DNA of 63,353 nucleotides, counting the filler, from Octopus bimaculoides (Eukaryota), in the NCBI RefSeq assembly GCF_001194135.2. It is 8 parts of 7 records of this genome, joined end to end, with 100 filler letters (N's around TTAATTAATTAA, not from the genome) between each part and the next. Parts side by side here need not be neighbours in the genome. Positions count along the whole stretch, not along the records: positions 17,511 to 27,025 come from NC_068990.1; positions 27,126 to 34,036 come from NC_068997.1; positions 34,137 to 42,927 come from NC_068996.1; 5 more parts are not named here. One strand, given 5' to 3'. The position numbers were made by a program, and so were the translations under genes. Below, one piece after another: positions 24,843 to 36,294 of the stretch; the stretch's first letter is position 1, and every line of letters begins with the position of its first letter. The notes beneath the pieces are model-generated. The model made no database searches. It saw only the letters and a program-made list of their open reading frames with translations, and was not told the origin of the DNA.

Positions 24843-25090
24843 GGCACATGGCTTAGTGGTGTTAGAGCATCGGGCTCACAATCCTGAGGAAGTGAGTTCG
24901 AATCTCAGATTGGGATCTCTGTTGTGTTCTTGAACAAGATACTTCATTTCACATTGGTCCAGTTCACTCGGCTGCAGAAATGAGTTACAATGTCACTGGA
25001 GATGCTGATATGCATGGGTGGATGCTGGTCTTCCATAAACAACCTTGCCAGGACTTGTGCCACGGAGGGGAACATTCTAGGTGCAACCCT
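24843..25090 (+). mobile_element. SINE-C (CORE-like), left arm of an inverted duplication
   Basis: GGCACATGGCTTAGTGGTGTTAGAGCA...GAGTTCGAATCTC...GTGTTCTTGAACAAGATACTTCATTTCACATTGG...GAAATGAGTT. Confidence 0.8.
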
Positions 25091-25231
25091 ACCATACTGG
25101 GGATATACTCACACCAACTTCACCACACTAAAGTAAAGGTACCACCAAAGCACTGCTGTACTGATGTGCTACAACCATTCTGATGTACCAACAGCATTCC
25201 TGCACTAATGTACCAACACTGACAAGTAAGT

Positions 25232-25558
25232 AAAAACCCCTTTCAATCATGAATGACCATGAGATTGCGTCTGGAATGTTCCCCTCTGAGGCACAAGTCT
25301 GGGCAAGGTTGTTTATAGAAGACCAGTAGTTGACTATACATACTGGCCTCTCCTCTCCATGTCAATGATGTTATCCAAGGGAAAGGAAAAGGCCAATACA
25401 GCTTGGCACCATTGCAACTCATTTCTACAGCTGAATGAAGTGGACCAATGTGAAATAAAGTGTCTTGCTCAAGAACACAATACAAAGCCAGGTTCAGGAT
25501 TCAAACTCTCTACCTCAGGATTGTGACCCGATGCTTCTGACCACTAAGCCATGCACCT
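25232..25558 (-). mobile_element. SINE-C (CORE-like), right arm of an inverted duplication
   Basis: Reverse complement GGTGCATGGCTTAGTGGTCAG...GTTTGAATCC...GTGTTCTTGAGCAAGACACTTTATTTCACATTGG; longer than the left copy. Confidence 0.85.
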
Positions 25559-25725
25559 TTGAGCAACACTGACACTACACTGATATGCTAGCACCACCAG
25601 CACCATACCACTGTACCAATACTACCATCGCACTGATGAACAGCTAGTACCACCATTGCCACCCTGACATACCAACACCACCACTACCACTACCACCATC
25701 ACCGCCTCCGTCGCCGCCACCGGTG

Positions 25726-25776
<51 letters not shown>

Positions 25777-25907
25777 TGCTTTTGATTTGGATGCCTGTAA
25801 GGGGTTAATGAGAGTAAATGTGAAAATGCTATGATAATAAAAGAAATATCTGGAATGCAAAATAGGAGATAGTCTGTTATATATCTGAGTGTCTGTTATA
25901 TATCTGA

Positions 25908-25967
<60 letters not shown>

Positions 25968-26449
25968 AAAATGTAAAAATGTAAAAAAAAATTACTGTAT
26001 AAAGATCACCCCTCACTTAAGCATAGGTAATATAATTCTTCCTTTAGTAAAGTAGTCCCTTATTACAACGCAACATCAAAATGAAGCTGATTTTAAGATA
26101 AAATTAGTTATACAGATAATAGATAATTTCTGAATATATAAAATCAGAAAACTTAATATAATTTCGTTCAGTACCTAACTCTGTTTCAATGTCAGTATAC
26201 ATATCACAAAAACTCTCTTTAATTATAACATAAATATTTAATGAAAAATATATACAACAAAATGTTTAATAGAAATAATGTTAAAGTTAGTCATAACTGT
26301 AACAAAATTTGGCAGCAAAAATATACATCTCTAGTTTTAAAATCCTTCTAATTCTAATACTTTCAGCTTGTCTGTCTTAATGTTATAAATTTATGTCTTG
26401 TAAAATGAAAAGTTTATTGTGCAAAAATATTTCCAAGGTAATATTATTC

Positions 26450-26640
26450 AAAGACTACATTTGGCTTATAGACAATTATTTCAAAATACAATTTAATCAG
26501 TATCTATATTCTTTCATAAAAATCACAATATTCTTTAGACACCAGTTTGTCAGACTATGTATGGCATTTGAAGAACAATATCAAAGGCTGTAAACTTGTT
26601 TGGAACAAGTCCTGTTAAAAGTGTAAGGTCAGGTTCAACC
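26450..26640 (+). mobile_element. Penelope-like GIY-YIG endonuclease remnant
   Basis: With frameshifts YI-GLIDNYFKIQFNQYLYSF...SLDTSLSDYVWHLKNN...LVWN, resembling YIGLTxxxFKxRxxxHxxSF...TxLSxYVWxLK...W. Confidence 0.6.
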
Positions 26641-26970
26641 TTGAAACACAAAGAACATGAATATACCGTTTTATAAAGCACCATATTGAACATACATTCA
26701 GAACTGATACCTTCTTGTTATCAAAAATCGAAATACTTTTACGATATCCCCAATTAGCCAATGACATAAACCCATACATGTCTTTCATCATATTGGCATT
26801 GCTTGAAAATGTAGTGACATTCTTTACGTTTCTTTCATCAACTAAAAAGCAAACTTCAGTTCATATAGTTTTTTTTCTGTACATCGCACAGACACTCACA
26901 CACACACATGCACTATAAATATGTGTCTAAAAATATATGATGCATGTGCATGTATGTATGTATGTATGTA

Positions 26971-27025
<55 letters not shown>

Positions 27026-27504
27026 NNNNNNNNNNNNNNNNNNNNNNNNNNNNNNNNNNNNNNNNNNNNTTAATTAATTAANNNNNNNNNNNNNNNNNNN
27101 NNNNNNNNNNNNNNNNNNNNNNNNNATATATATATTAGGCTGAGGAATAATTCATATACACGCACACGCACACACACACACACACACACATATATAATAA
27201 TGTAGGAGAGAGAAAGCAGCAAGTTAAAGAAGAGTAATGAAAAATTACCACGTGTTCCCGGAGTGAACCCCAATTCACTAAGCACGGTGTTCTTTCACAA
27301 TAACCTATTGAATATCATTTAAAATTCAATATTGTTTCACCACCTCCTTGCCGATTACTACTTGCTAGCAACAAAAAATACTTCCATTTACACCCTACCC
27401 CACCACTACATATTAGTTGGATAGTAATTGCAAGAAATTAATTGGTACTAATTTTATTGTTGCTTGCCGAGGACAATGCAGTATTTATTATATGATATAT
27501 GTTT

Positions 27505-27715
27505 CTGTATTTAGTGGGTATTGTGTAAGTTGAAACATTTAGCGGCTGTTTTCTTATTTTAATCTATTTAGATGGTGCTACCTTAGTTTCATGTATTTGG
27601 AGGGTGATGTCTTGGTTTCATATATTTAGGGGATGCTGTCTTATTTTAAGTGTATTTAGACGGTGTTGTTTAAGTTTAGGTGTATTGAGAGGGTGTGAAG
27701 TACATTTAAAAGATG
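27505..27715. repeat. Diverged ~29-bp minisatellite (about 7 units)
   Basis: Recurring unit roughly GTATTTAGAGGGTGNTGTCTTAGTTTNAN. Confidence 0.6.
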
Positions 27716-27981
27716 CTCACACCGTTTAAGTGCATTTAGTGTTGAAAATGAAATTGAGCTGATTTCGGTAGTTTTATAAACGTTTCACAAACATTTTGTG
27801 ATGGTTTTTATTCCTTAGATTGAGCGTATCATGTTTGTTTATTAGTCTAATATTTAAGGAAAAAACCCCACTTAAATATTTGCATGAAAATGTATTTGTA
27901 TTAATAGACGGTTACACAGTCTGTGTCACAATTGGATATTTGTGTATGTAAATATGTTTCACCCTCTCTACCTATCTGGGG

Positions 27982-28230
27982 AGGCGCTTGGCTTAATGGT
28001 TAGCATACTGCACTTATGATCGTAAGATTGTACTTTCGATTCCTGGACCGGGCGATGCATTGTGTTCTTGAGCAAACTACTTAACTTCACACTAACTTCA
28101 ATCAACTCAACTGGCAAAAACGAGTAATCCTGCAACGGGCCGGCGTCTCGTCGAGGTGGGGAGTACATACATCGCAGAATCTGGATACCGGTCTTATGAG
28201 CCTATGGCTCTGGAAGTTCCTTTGATCCAT
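27982..28230 (+). mobile_element. SINE-C type element (tRNA head plus CORE-like domain, different 3' part)
   Basis: GGCGCTTGGCTTAATGGTTAGCATA...TTCGATTCCTGG...GTGTTCTTGAGCAAACTACTTAACTTCAC. Confidence 0.7.
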
Positions 28231-28710
28231 TTTTTAAATCTATCTATCTATCTATCTATCTACCCATCTATCTATATATCTCCAGCTGTCTGCAAGAATG
28301 GATAGTTTTAATTTATTTATATTTATGTTTTGGTTTATACATAGGTTAAGATCTACAAGACTATCTAAATTTCTCAGTAACCTCACTTGGTCCATCAAGA
28401 ATTAAGAAGTGACAAACTGAGACTTATTTTATTGATATCAAAATGATGAAAGGTGAAGTCAAGATTGGAGAAATTTAGGAGACAGTTAGACTGGTAAACA
28501 CTAATAGACAGACAAATAGACGGAGAGACATATTAACGTAAAGATAGTTTGGTGTGTCATCATTTTTACCAGCACGTCACACTTGAAGAAGAAAAATATC
28601 AAACTGGTAATTGTTGATTCTCTGATGTCAGGCAAAGAAGTGGTTATAAATATCGGTATATGGAAAAGTTACACCACTCCTAGAATGTTAAGAAATGGTA
28701 TTATTACCAG

Positions 28711-28870
28711 ATAGGCGCAGGGGTGGCTGTGTGGTGTGAAGCTTGCTCTCTAACCACATGGTTCCTGGTTCAGTCCTACTGTGTGGCACCTTGGGTAAGT
28801 GTTTTCTTCTATAGCCTCGGGCCGACCAAAGCCTTGCCAATGGATATGGTAAACTGAAAGAGCCCATAGT
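28711..28870 (+). mobile_element. SINE-B 5' half
   Basis: ATAGGCGCAGGGGTGGCTGTGTGG...GGTTCCTGGTTCAGTCC...ATAGCCTCGGGCCGACCAAAGCC. Confidence 0.85.
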
Positions 28871-29960
28871 ATGTATTTTATAATTTGGATTTGCCATCTA
28901 TCGGCTTTTACTTGTTGGCCACTTATATTATTGTTTTTATTATTCATTTTATTAATGATAATAATTAATAATATCTATGTAAATATTTTCGAATATTTAT
29001 TCATTTAGTAATATATATATATATATATATATATANNNNNNNNNNNNNNNNNNNNNNNNNNNNNNNNNNNNNNNNNNNNNNNNNNNNNNNNNNNNNNNNN
29101 NNNNNNNNNNNNNNNNNNNNNNNNNNNNNNNNNNNNNNNNNNNNNNNNNNNNNNNNNNNNNNNNNNNNNNNNNNNNNNNNNNNNNNNNNNNNNNNNNNNN
29201 NNNNNNNNNNNNNNNNNNNNNNNNNNNNNNNNNNNNNNNNNNNNNNNNNNNNNNNNNNNNNNNNNNNNNNNNNNNNNNNNNNNNNNNNNNNNNNNNNNNN
29301 NNNNNNNNNNNNNNNNNNNNNNNNNNNNNNNNNNNNNNNNNNNNNNNNNNNNNNNNNNNNNNNNNNNNNNNNNNNNNNNNNNNNNNNNNNNNNNNNNNNN
29401 NNNNNNNNNNNNNNNNNNNNNNNNNNNNNNNNNNNNNNNNNNNNNNNNNNNNNNNNNNNNNNNNNNNNNNNNNNNNNNNNNNNNNNNNNNNNNNNNNNNN
29501 NNNNNNNNNNNNNNNNNNNNNNNNNNNNNNNNNNNNNNNNNNNNNNNNNNNNNNNNNNNNNNNNNNNNNNNNNNNNNNNNNNNNNNNNNNNNNNNNNNNN
29601 NNNNNNNNNNNNNNNNNNNNNNNNNNNNNNNNNNNNNNNNNNNNNNNNNNNNNNNNNNNNNNNNNNNNNNNNNNNNNNNNNNNNNNNNNNNNNNNNNNNN
29701 NNNNNNNNNNNNNNNNNNNNNNNNNNNNNNNNNNNNNNNNNNNNNNNNNNNNNNNNNNNNNNNNNNNNNNNNNNNNNNNNNNNNNNNNNNNNNNNNNNNN
29801 NNNNNNNNNNNNNNNNNNNNNNNNNNNNNNNNNNNNNNNNNNNNNNNNNNNNNNNNNNNNNNNNNNNNNNNNNNNNNNNNNNNNNNNNNNNNNNNNNNNN
29901 NNNNNNNNNNNNNNNNNNNNNNNNNNNNNNNNNNNNNNNNNNNNNNNNNNNNNNNNNNNN

Positions 29961-30862
29961 TGATCTATATGCTGTGAGTTAATGGGCAGATAAAAAACAA
30001 AATGAAACTAAACGAGGGAAAATTTGAGCTGATGCATTTTGGAAGAAAGTCCATACTAAAACAGCCATACTCTCCTTCAGGGGAACCGCTCACGGCATCC
30101 AACAATATCAGAGATCTGGGTGTAATTGTTGACAACAATCTCAATTGGAGTGCCCACATCAACAATAAGGTCAATATAGCTCGTAGGATGAGCTCTTGGA
30201 TCTTAAGAAACTTCCGGTCCAGAGAACAAGGTGTCATCATTCCACTTTTCTCCTCCTTTGTACGGCCACATCTCAAATACTGCTGCCCCTTGTGGTCTCC
30301 CCAAACAAAACAAAACATCTCGAGGATTGAATCACCCCAGAGGACACTCACCAAACGAATTGAAGGCATGACTGTCCTTGATTACTGGGATCGCCTTAAA
30401 GCCTTGAAGCTCTACTCTCTCCAGCGCCGCCGCGAGCGGTACATCATTTGTACGACATGGAAAATATACCGCCAGCATTGCCCAAACGACCTGGACATTA
30501 GTTTCAAGGTTCATCCAAGGCTGGGACCACGAGCCATATTCAGGATCACAACATATAGGTACATTGCGGCATAATTTCTTTTCTTCAACAGGCCCTGCCC
30601 TGTTTAACATTGTCCCGAAACAGGTAAAGGAGGAAAAGGACCCTAATCAGCTTTAAACGGAGTCTAGACAGATTTCTTCAAGGAATACCAGACAAGCCAC
30701 CCATACCTGGATACCTGGATACAACTCACTCAATAAGAACTCACTACTTGAATGGACCATAGACAAAACTTGACTGTAAAAAGGGTTTAGATAATCCTAT
30801 CAGGTGGTGCTATTAAGTTAGAGATGGCTTGGACCAATCTTTGGTCGAAACATATCTAAGTT
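29961..30862 (+). mobile_element. 3' fragment of a second, distinct CR1/L2-group LINE
   Basis: ORF 30002-30574: MKLNEGKF...IRDLGVIVDNNLNWSAHI...FVRPHLKYCCPLWSP...YWDRLKALKLYSLQRRRERY; a frameshifted C-terminus follows (GPALFNIVP...LDRFLQGIPDKP), then a 3' UTR hairpin and (TA)n. Upstream lies in a gap. Confidence 0.92.
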
Positions 30863-31558
30863 TTATATATATATATATATATNNNNNNNNNNNNNNNNNN
30901 NNNNNNNNNNNNNNNNNNNNNNNNNNNNNNNNNNNNNNNNNNNNNNNNNNNNNNNNNNNNNNNNNNNNNNNNNNNNNNNNNNNNNNNNNNNNNNNNNNNN
31001 NNNNNNNNNNNNNNNNNNNNNNNNNNNNNNNNNNNNNNNNNNNNNNNNNNNNNNNNNNNNNNNNNNNNNNNNNNNNNNNNNNNNNNNNNNNNNNNNNNNN
31101 NNNNNNNNNNNNNNNNNNNNNNNNNNNNNNNNNNNNNNNNNNNNNNNNNNNNNNNNNNNNNNNNNNNNNNNNNNNNNNNNNNNNNNNNNNNNNNNNNNNN
31201 NNNNNNNNNNNNNNNNNNNNNNNNNNNNNNNNNNNNNNNNNNNNNNNNNNNNNNNNNNNNNNNNNNNNNNNNNNNNNNNNNNNNNNNNNNNNNNNNNNNN
31301 NNNNNNNNNNNNNNNNNNNNNNNNNGAATAAATTTATGGGAGCAACTGTCTTTGAAGACCTATATTGTCGTTGAATGCTCGAAATGAGGAGTAGATAGAC
31401 AGCCGACATCTGATGAAGGGTCCTTTCTATGTGTTCATTTGTCCTGTTTTCCATTTTTTTCTCGTTATGTACTTAACTCGTTTGTTTACGTATTTCATGT
31501 TGTTCGAACCGTTGGTGACATCCTGTACCCATATATGCATGTATATATATATATATAG

Positions 31559-31616
<58 letters not shown>

Positions 31617-32046
31617 CTATATATTATTTGCTATTGTATATATATATATGTGTGTGTATGTATGTATATATATATGTGTATATAATAGCAGCTAAATTTT
31701 ACTTAAATCATACATTCAGCTTGGAAACGACGTCTATACATCTAGTAACGTTGTATAACATAATATTTAAATGTACGATACCCGAGAAATAAGGACAGGA
31801 TGGTAGTGGATAAAAACAGAGCCGACCTGGGGCTAAATAACAACAATAACACCAACAAACAGGAGCACCAAAACAGCAATAACGACATCAAAAGTATATA
31901 TACAAACACACAGATATTTACACACACACATGCACATGTACGCACGCACGCACACACGCACACACACACACACACACACACATACACACACACACACAAC
32001 ATCAATAACTTCAATAAAAACATAACAGGAACAGCAATGACATGAC

Positions 32047-32110
32047 GACGACGTCACCACAACCAACATACCAGCCCTACCACCACAACCAACATACCAG
32101 CCCTACCACT
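32047..32110. repeat. 26-bp tandem duplication
   Basis: CACCACAACCAACATACCAGCCCTAC twice, plus a partial third unit. Confidence 0.8.
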
Positions 32111-32669
32111 ACCAACAACAACATCAATAACAGGAACAACAATAGCTACATAAACAATACGAATAATATCAGCAAATTTCGAAAGAACAAAAAACAAAAC
32201 ACAAACATAAATATAACCATAAAAAAATAAGAACAATGGGAAAGAATAATAAAAAAAAAACACATTAATAGAAGCAACGGTGACCCCTAAAGGGTTCCAA
32301 GTCTATAGAATTGAAAACAAAATAATTTCAAGTTACACAGTGCAATTACAAATAAACTTGATATTGTTTTTCAACTGTTGAGTGCAGACATTTACGTAAG
32401 TATAGATTCCTTTACCGTTGTAGACCCCTATTTCACTAAACCCCTAACTGTTCCCTGTCATAATGACGCTCTGTTCGTATTGACTGAACGCTGCGGCCAT
32501 AGAGCAATAGAAACTTAATTCGCTTCTTAACTTGCTTAAGGTCATTATTGGCTATTTGTATTCGCTGGGAGGGAAACCTTACAGGGTTCCATAACACCCG
32601 CCTAGGGAAGGAAAACATTTTAAGATTTGTTTAACGCTTTAGCATTAGATTAATAATAATAATAATAAT

Positions 32670-32712
<43 letters not shown>

Positions 32713-33319
32713 TGAAGTAAGAGAGTCCCATAAGTTTTGCGATCGATCCCAGCTTATTTGAGAGACTGGCTTTTCAGTATGGATCCTTTAAAAATTCTGT
32801 TTGAAATCTTTGAAACCACTGTTATTTCCATTGCAATTGAGAAGAATATACTCAGGTATTCACTTTTGCTCTTTTTCTTAACTTGTGTGATCACGTAAAC
32901 AATAAGTACATTGTGGTGCTATATCTCCCATAAATTGCTACTTTTAGTTTCCTATTTTGATTTTTTAATTTTCAATGTTTTCATTTAAGAATGGCTTTGG
33001 AAAAAAAATGAAAGTTATAATTCTCATTCCATTTGTAATCAGTGGATCTCAGTAGCAACTAATGAATTTCGAACACTTAAATGAGAATGGCATTCCCTGA
33101 TTGACTCTGGCGACATTTGTGTGAAATAAATTGTAGTTTAACTACGAACATTTGTTAATGAACTAAACTAGTACTTCACAGTTGGAAGTCACAACTTGGA
33201 AAATATCTAAGATTATTCATTATTCTCTCTTGTTACGTCCAGCATATTTAGGTCTATTTAAGTTAGTATTAATGTATTTGATACAACTAGAAAGTTAATT
33301 GAAAATAAATTAGGAAGAA

Positions 33320-33529
33320 ACAATATTGGTTTCAAATTTAGGCACAAGGCCAGTAATTACGGGAGAAGAGGTAAGTCGATTACATTCGACTGGTACTTAT
33401 TTTCTCGACCCCGGAAAGATGAAAGGCAAAGTTGACCTCGGCAGAATTTGAACTCAGAAGACAAAGTCAGACGAAATGATGCGAAGCATTTTACCCGGCG
33501 TGCTAACGATTCTGCCAGCTCGTTGCCTT
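33320..33529 (-). mobile_element. SINE-A
   Basis: TAGGCACAAGGCC...GATGAAAGGCAAAGTTGACCTCGGCAGAATTTGAACTCAGAA...GTGCTAACGATTCTGCCAGCTCG. Confidence 0.88.
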
Positions 33530-33704
33530 CACGAAGAAACAATACTAATTGATGACTAATATTGTTTTCAAATTTTTGTTAAGCACTAAAGGCAATTCCG
33601 GATATATTTCGATCTGATTATGACTAAAATTACCAAAGCACTGTGGTTACCATATTTGCTGAAGTAGTGAGAAAAGAATTACTAAATTCAAAATAGTTTT
33701 TGAA

Positions 33705-33743
<39 letters not shown>

Positions 33744-33988
33744 AAAGAGATGGTTTAGTTGCTTTATTCTATAAGTATATTTGACTTTTTGTGTATTTAT
33801 TGTGTTCCGAAAGAAAGAAGCAAAAACGAAGCACGAGAAAGAGGACTAAAAAGAAAAAGACAGACAAACGGAAATAGAATAGACGGCTATACATATAATC
33901 ATATAACATAACAACAACTTTTATAGTAATCATGCTTTCTTTTAATTAATGAAATAAACCAAGTTGAGATATAATGTGTATGTGTGTG

Positions 33989-34030
<42 letters not shown>

Positions 34031-34136
34031 TATATANNNNNNNNNNNNNNNNNNNNNNNNNNNNNNNNNNNNNNNNNNNNTTAATTAATTAANNNNNNNN
34101 NNNNNNNNNNNNNNNNNNNNNNNNNNNNNNNNNNNN

Positions 34137-34179
<43 letters not shown>

Positions 34180-34582
34180 GCGCACTCCACGATTGCTTTC
34201 TTTTTCTTTCTCCCACTTTACCTCTTACTCATATATCTACACACATTCATTGATAAAAATTGTCACTCCATTTCCTTTCTTTCCTTTTTCTCTTTCTCTC
34301 GTTCATAAATATATTATACACGCTATGTCTCTATTACCCTCTCTTTTTTTTTTCGTTTGGAATTGTACGTGCATATGTAGATGTACGTACAGAAACACAT
34401 CGATTCTGTCTTCCTTTCGCCCTGTCATACACACACTCACACACACACCCACACGCGAGCGCGCTCGCAACAGCAACCCTACCCTTAATTACACATGGCT
34501 ACATGTTCCATACATTCAACCATTTGTTCATAGCTGATTTCTATATTTTACGTAAATGACCTGTAACCTTCGTGTCTTACAG

Positions 34583-34709
34583 TGACGAAATTATTAAATT
34601 CGCGTGGTCCGGACAAAACCCCCTACTGGACTATGTGAACGAGAGGAAAACCGTGAAAGAATTTCTGAATGGTGTAGATAGAGCACAGCACCAGGTTGTA
34701 GAAAAATGA
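34583..34709 (+). CDS. Candidate terminal coding exon of an unidentified host gene (41 aa)
   Basis: Pyrimidine-rich acceptor CCTTCGTGTCTTACAG, then 1 nt plus DEIIKFAWSGQNPLLDYVNERKTVKEFLNGVDRAQHQVVEK*; non-repetitive, CpG-containing sequence; AATAAA at 34879 followed by a T-rich tract. No partner exon identified. Confidence 0.45.
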
Positions 34710-34878
34710 ACTTTAAATGAACCTCAACACTTAATGAGGCTTTCAATATTGTGTTTTAATTTTTCAAAGATATGGCATGATGTTCTCTTTATGATACTCA
34801 TTTTTGTGATTATGGTTTATATAATTAATTAATGAAATATTTTAGATCTCAAAGAAGTGCTCATAAACTACACATAAG

Positions 34879-34884
34879 AATAAA
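34879..34884 (+). terminator. Candidate polyadenylation signal
   Basis: AATAAA 170 bp after the exon stop with a downstream T-rich tract; the hexamer is common in this AT-rich DNA. Confidence 0.3.
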
Positions 34885-35152
34885 AATTCTGATTCAAAAA
34901 TTGCCTGTTTATTTTTTTAATTTTGTCCTAAGAGGTTTCGTTTACAGGATTTTTTCTTGTTTTTTTTTTTTGTTTTTTTTTTTGCGCTACACTCTAAATT
35001 CGCAGTTGAAGAGTATGAATCGTAGACTCACCTCTTTAGATGATAAGAAAAGATATCAATGTAATCGACAAGTTTGAATTTACGAAGTAGAATGACGAAA
35101 ACTATACCAGTTCAGATACTCAATGACTATATTATTAATATATTAATAATAA

Positions 35153-35365
35153 GGCGGCGAGCTGGCAGAGTCGTTAGCGCGCCGGGCGAAATGCTTGGCG
35201 GCATTTCGTCTGTCTTTATGTTCTGAGTTCAATTTCCACCGAGGTCGACTTTGCATTTCATCCTTCGGGGTCGATAAATTAAGTACCAGTTGCGTGCTGG
35301 GGTCGATCTAATCGACTGGTCCTCTCCTCCAAAATTTCGGGCCTTGTGCCTAGAGTAGAAAAAAT
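35153..35365 (+). mobile_element. SINE-A, full-length reference copy
   Basis: GGCGGCGAGCTGGCAGAGTCGTTAG (A-box-like), GAGTTCAATTTCC (B-box-like), GAGGTCGACTTTGCATTTCATCC...GGGGTCGATAAATTAAGTACCAG, 3' GGCCTTGTGCCTAGAGTAGAA. Confidence 0.9.
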
Positions 35366-35379
35366 TCTATAATTTTAAA

Positions 35380-35492
35380 GGCGGCGAGTTGGTAGAGTCG
35401 TTAGCGCGCCGGGCGAAATGCTTGGCGGTATTTCGTCTGTCTTTGCGTTCTGATTTCAAATTCCGCCAAGTTTGACTTTACCTTTCATCATT
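35380..35492 (+). mobile_element. Truncated SINE-A head, tandem to the previous copy
   Basis: Shares GAGTCGTTAGCGCGCCGGGCGAAATGCTTGGCGG with the adjacent copy. Confidence 0.85.
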
Positions 35493-35910
35493 TTTGTTTG
35501 TTTTAGCCATCATGGCGAAGAACATGGTAAGGAGAGCAATTTAATACTTTAATGATGAATTATAATTAAGCAAAATAAATCAATAAAACTTAATGGGAGA
35601 GTGGGTATAATTGTTTGCAATAACGACTCTATTTCGGTCTTATGATGCCTCACCAGTAAAGCATAATCTGTGACTGACAAAATGTAAGAACGACTAAAGA
35701 AGTGTTGCGGATAAAATCTAAGCAGGGTTATATCTTTAATAGATGATAGGGAAGGGAATATACACCGTGAGTACCCTGTGTGGGCGGTAAAAGTATAAAT
35801 GAGCTCTAATGTAATTAATTTGTAAAGATGAAAATTTTAATTAACTAAACTTACTTAATGATTGACGATGGAAAATCATTGTCACGATGAACAATTATAG
35901 TTAAAAAATA

Positions 35911-36287
35911 GTGTTGTATTTTGAGATGGTCCTTTTTTTTTCCAAATAAACACACGCACTATTTATTCGTTTATTACTGTTCTTATTCTAACTCATGTCC
36001 ATTGTCCGGAAATCTTTCGTCACACCTCTGTGACCTCTTCAGCGACACTTTTCGTCCTTGTGTGTGATCCTGCTCCGCTCAGTCCATTCTGTTCTATAGA
36101 AGAATAGAATGGATTAAGCGGAGCAGGAGCACACACAAGGACGGAAAGTGTCGCTGAAGAGGTCACAGATGTGTGATGAACGACTTCCGGACAATGAACA
36201 TGAGTTAAAATAAGAACAGTAATAAACGAATATATAGTGCGCGTGTTTATTTGGAAAAAAAAAAATGATCATCCCGAAATACAACAA
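35911..36287. repeat. Foldback palindrome: ~185-bp inverted arms, 5-nt loop
   Basis: 35911-36095 is the reverse complement of 36101-36287 at roughly 85-90% identity by eye; loop ATAGA at 36096-36100. Confidence 0.95.
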
Positions 36288-36294
36288 TATCTGT

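Noticed and set aside
31395-31430. CTGATGA in ACATCTGATGAAGGGTCC
   Set aside because: No stem II or downstream GAAA, so not a supportable hammerhead.
32780-32857. Putative exon MDPLKILFEIFETTVISIAIEKNIL, phase-compatible with the 34583 exon
   Set aside because: Weak donor (GTATTC), no recognisable homology, and a scaffold join at 34081 separates the two.
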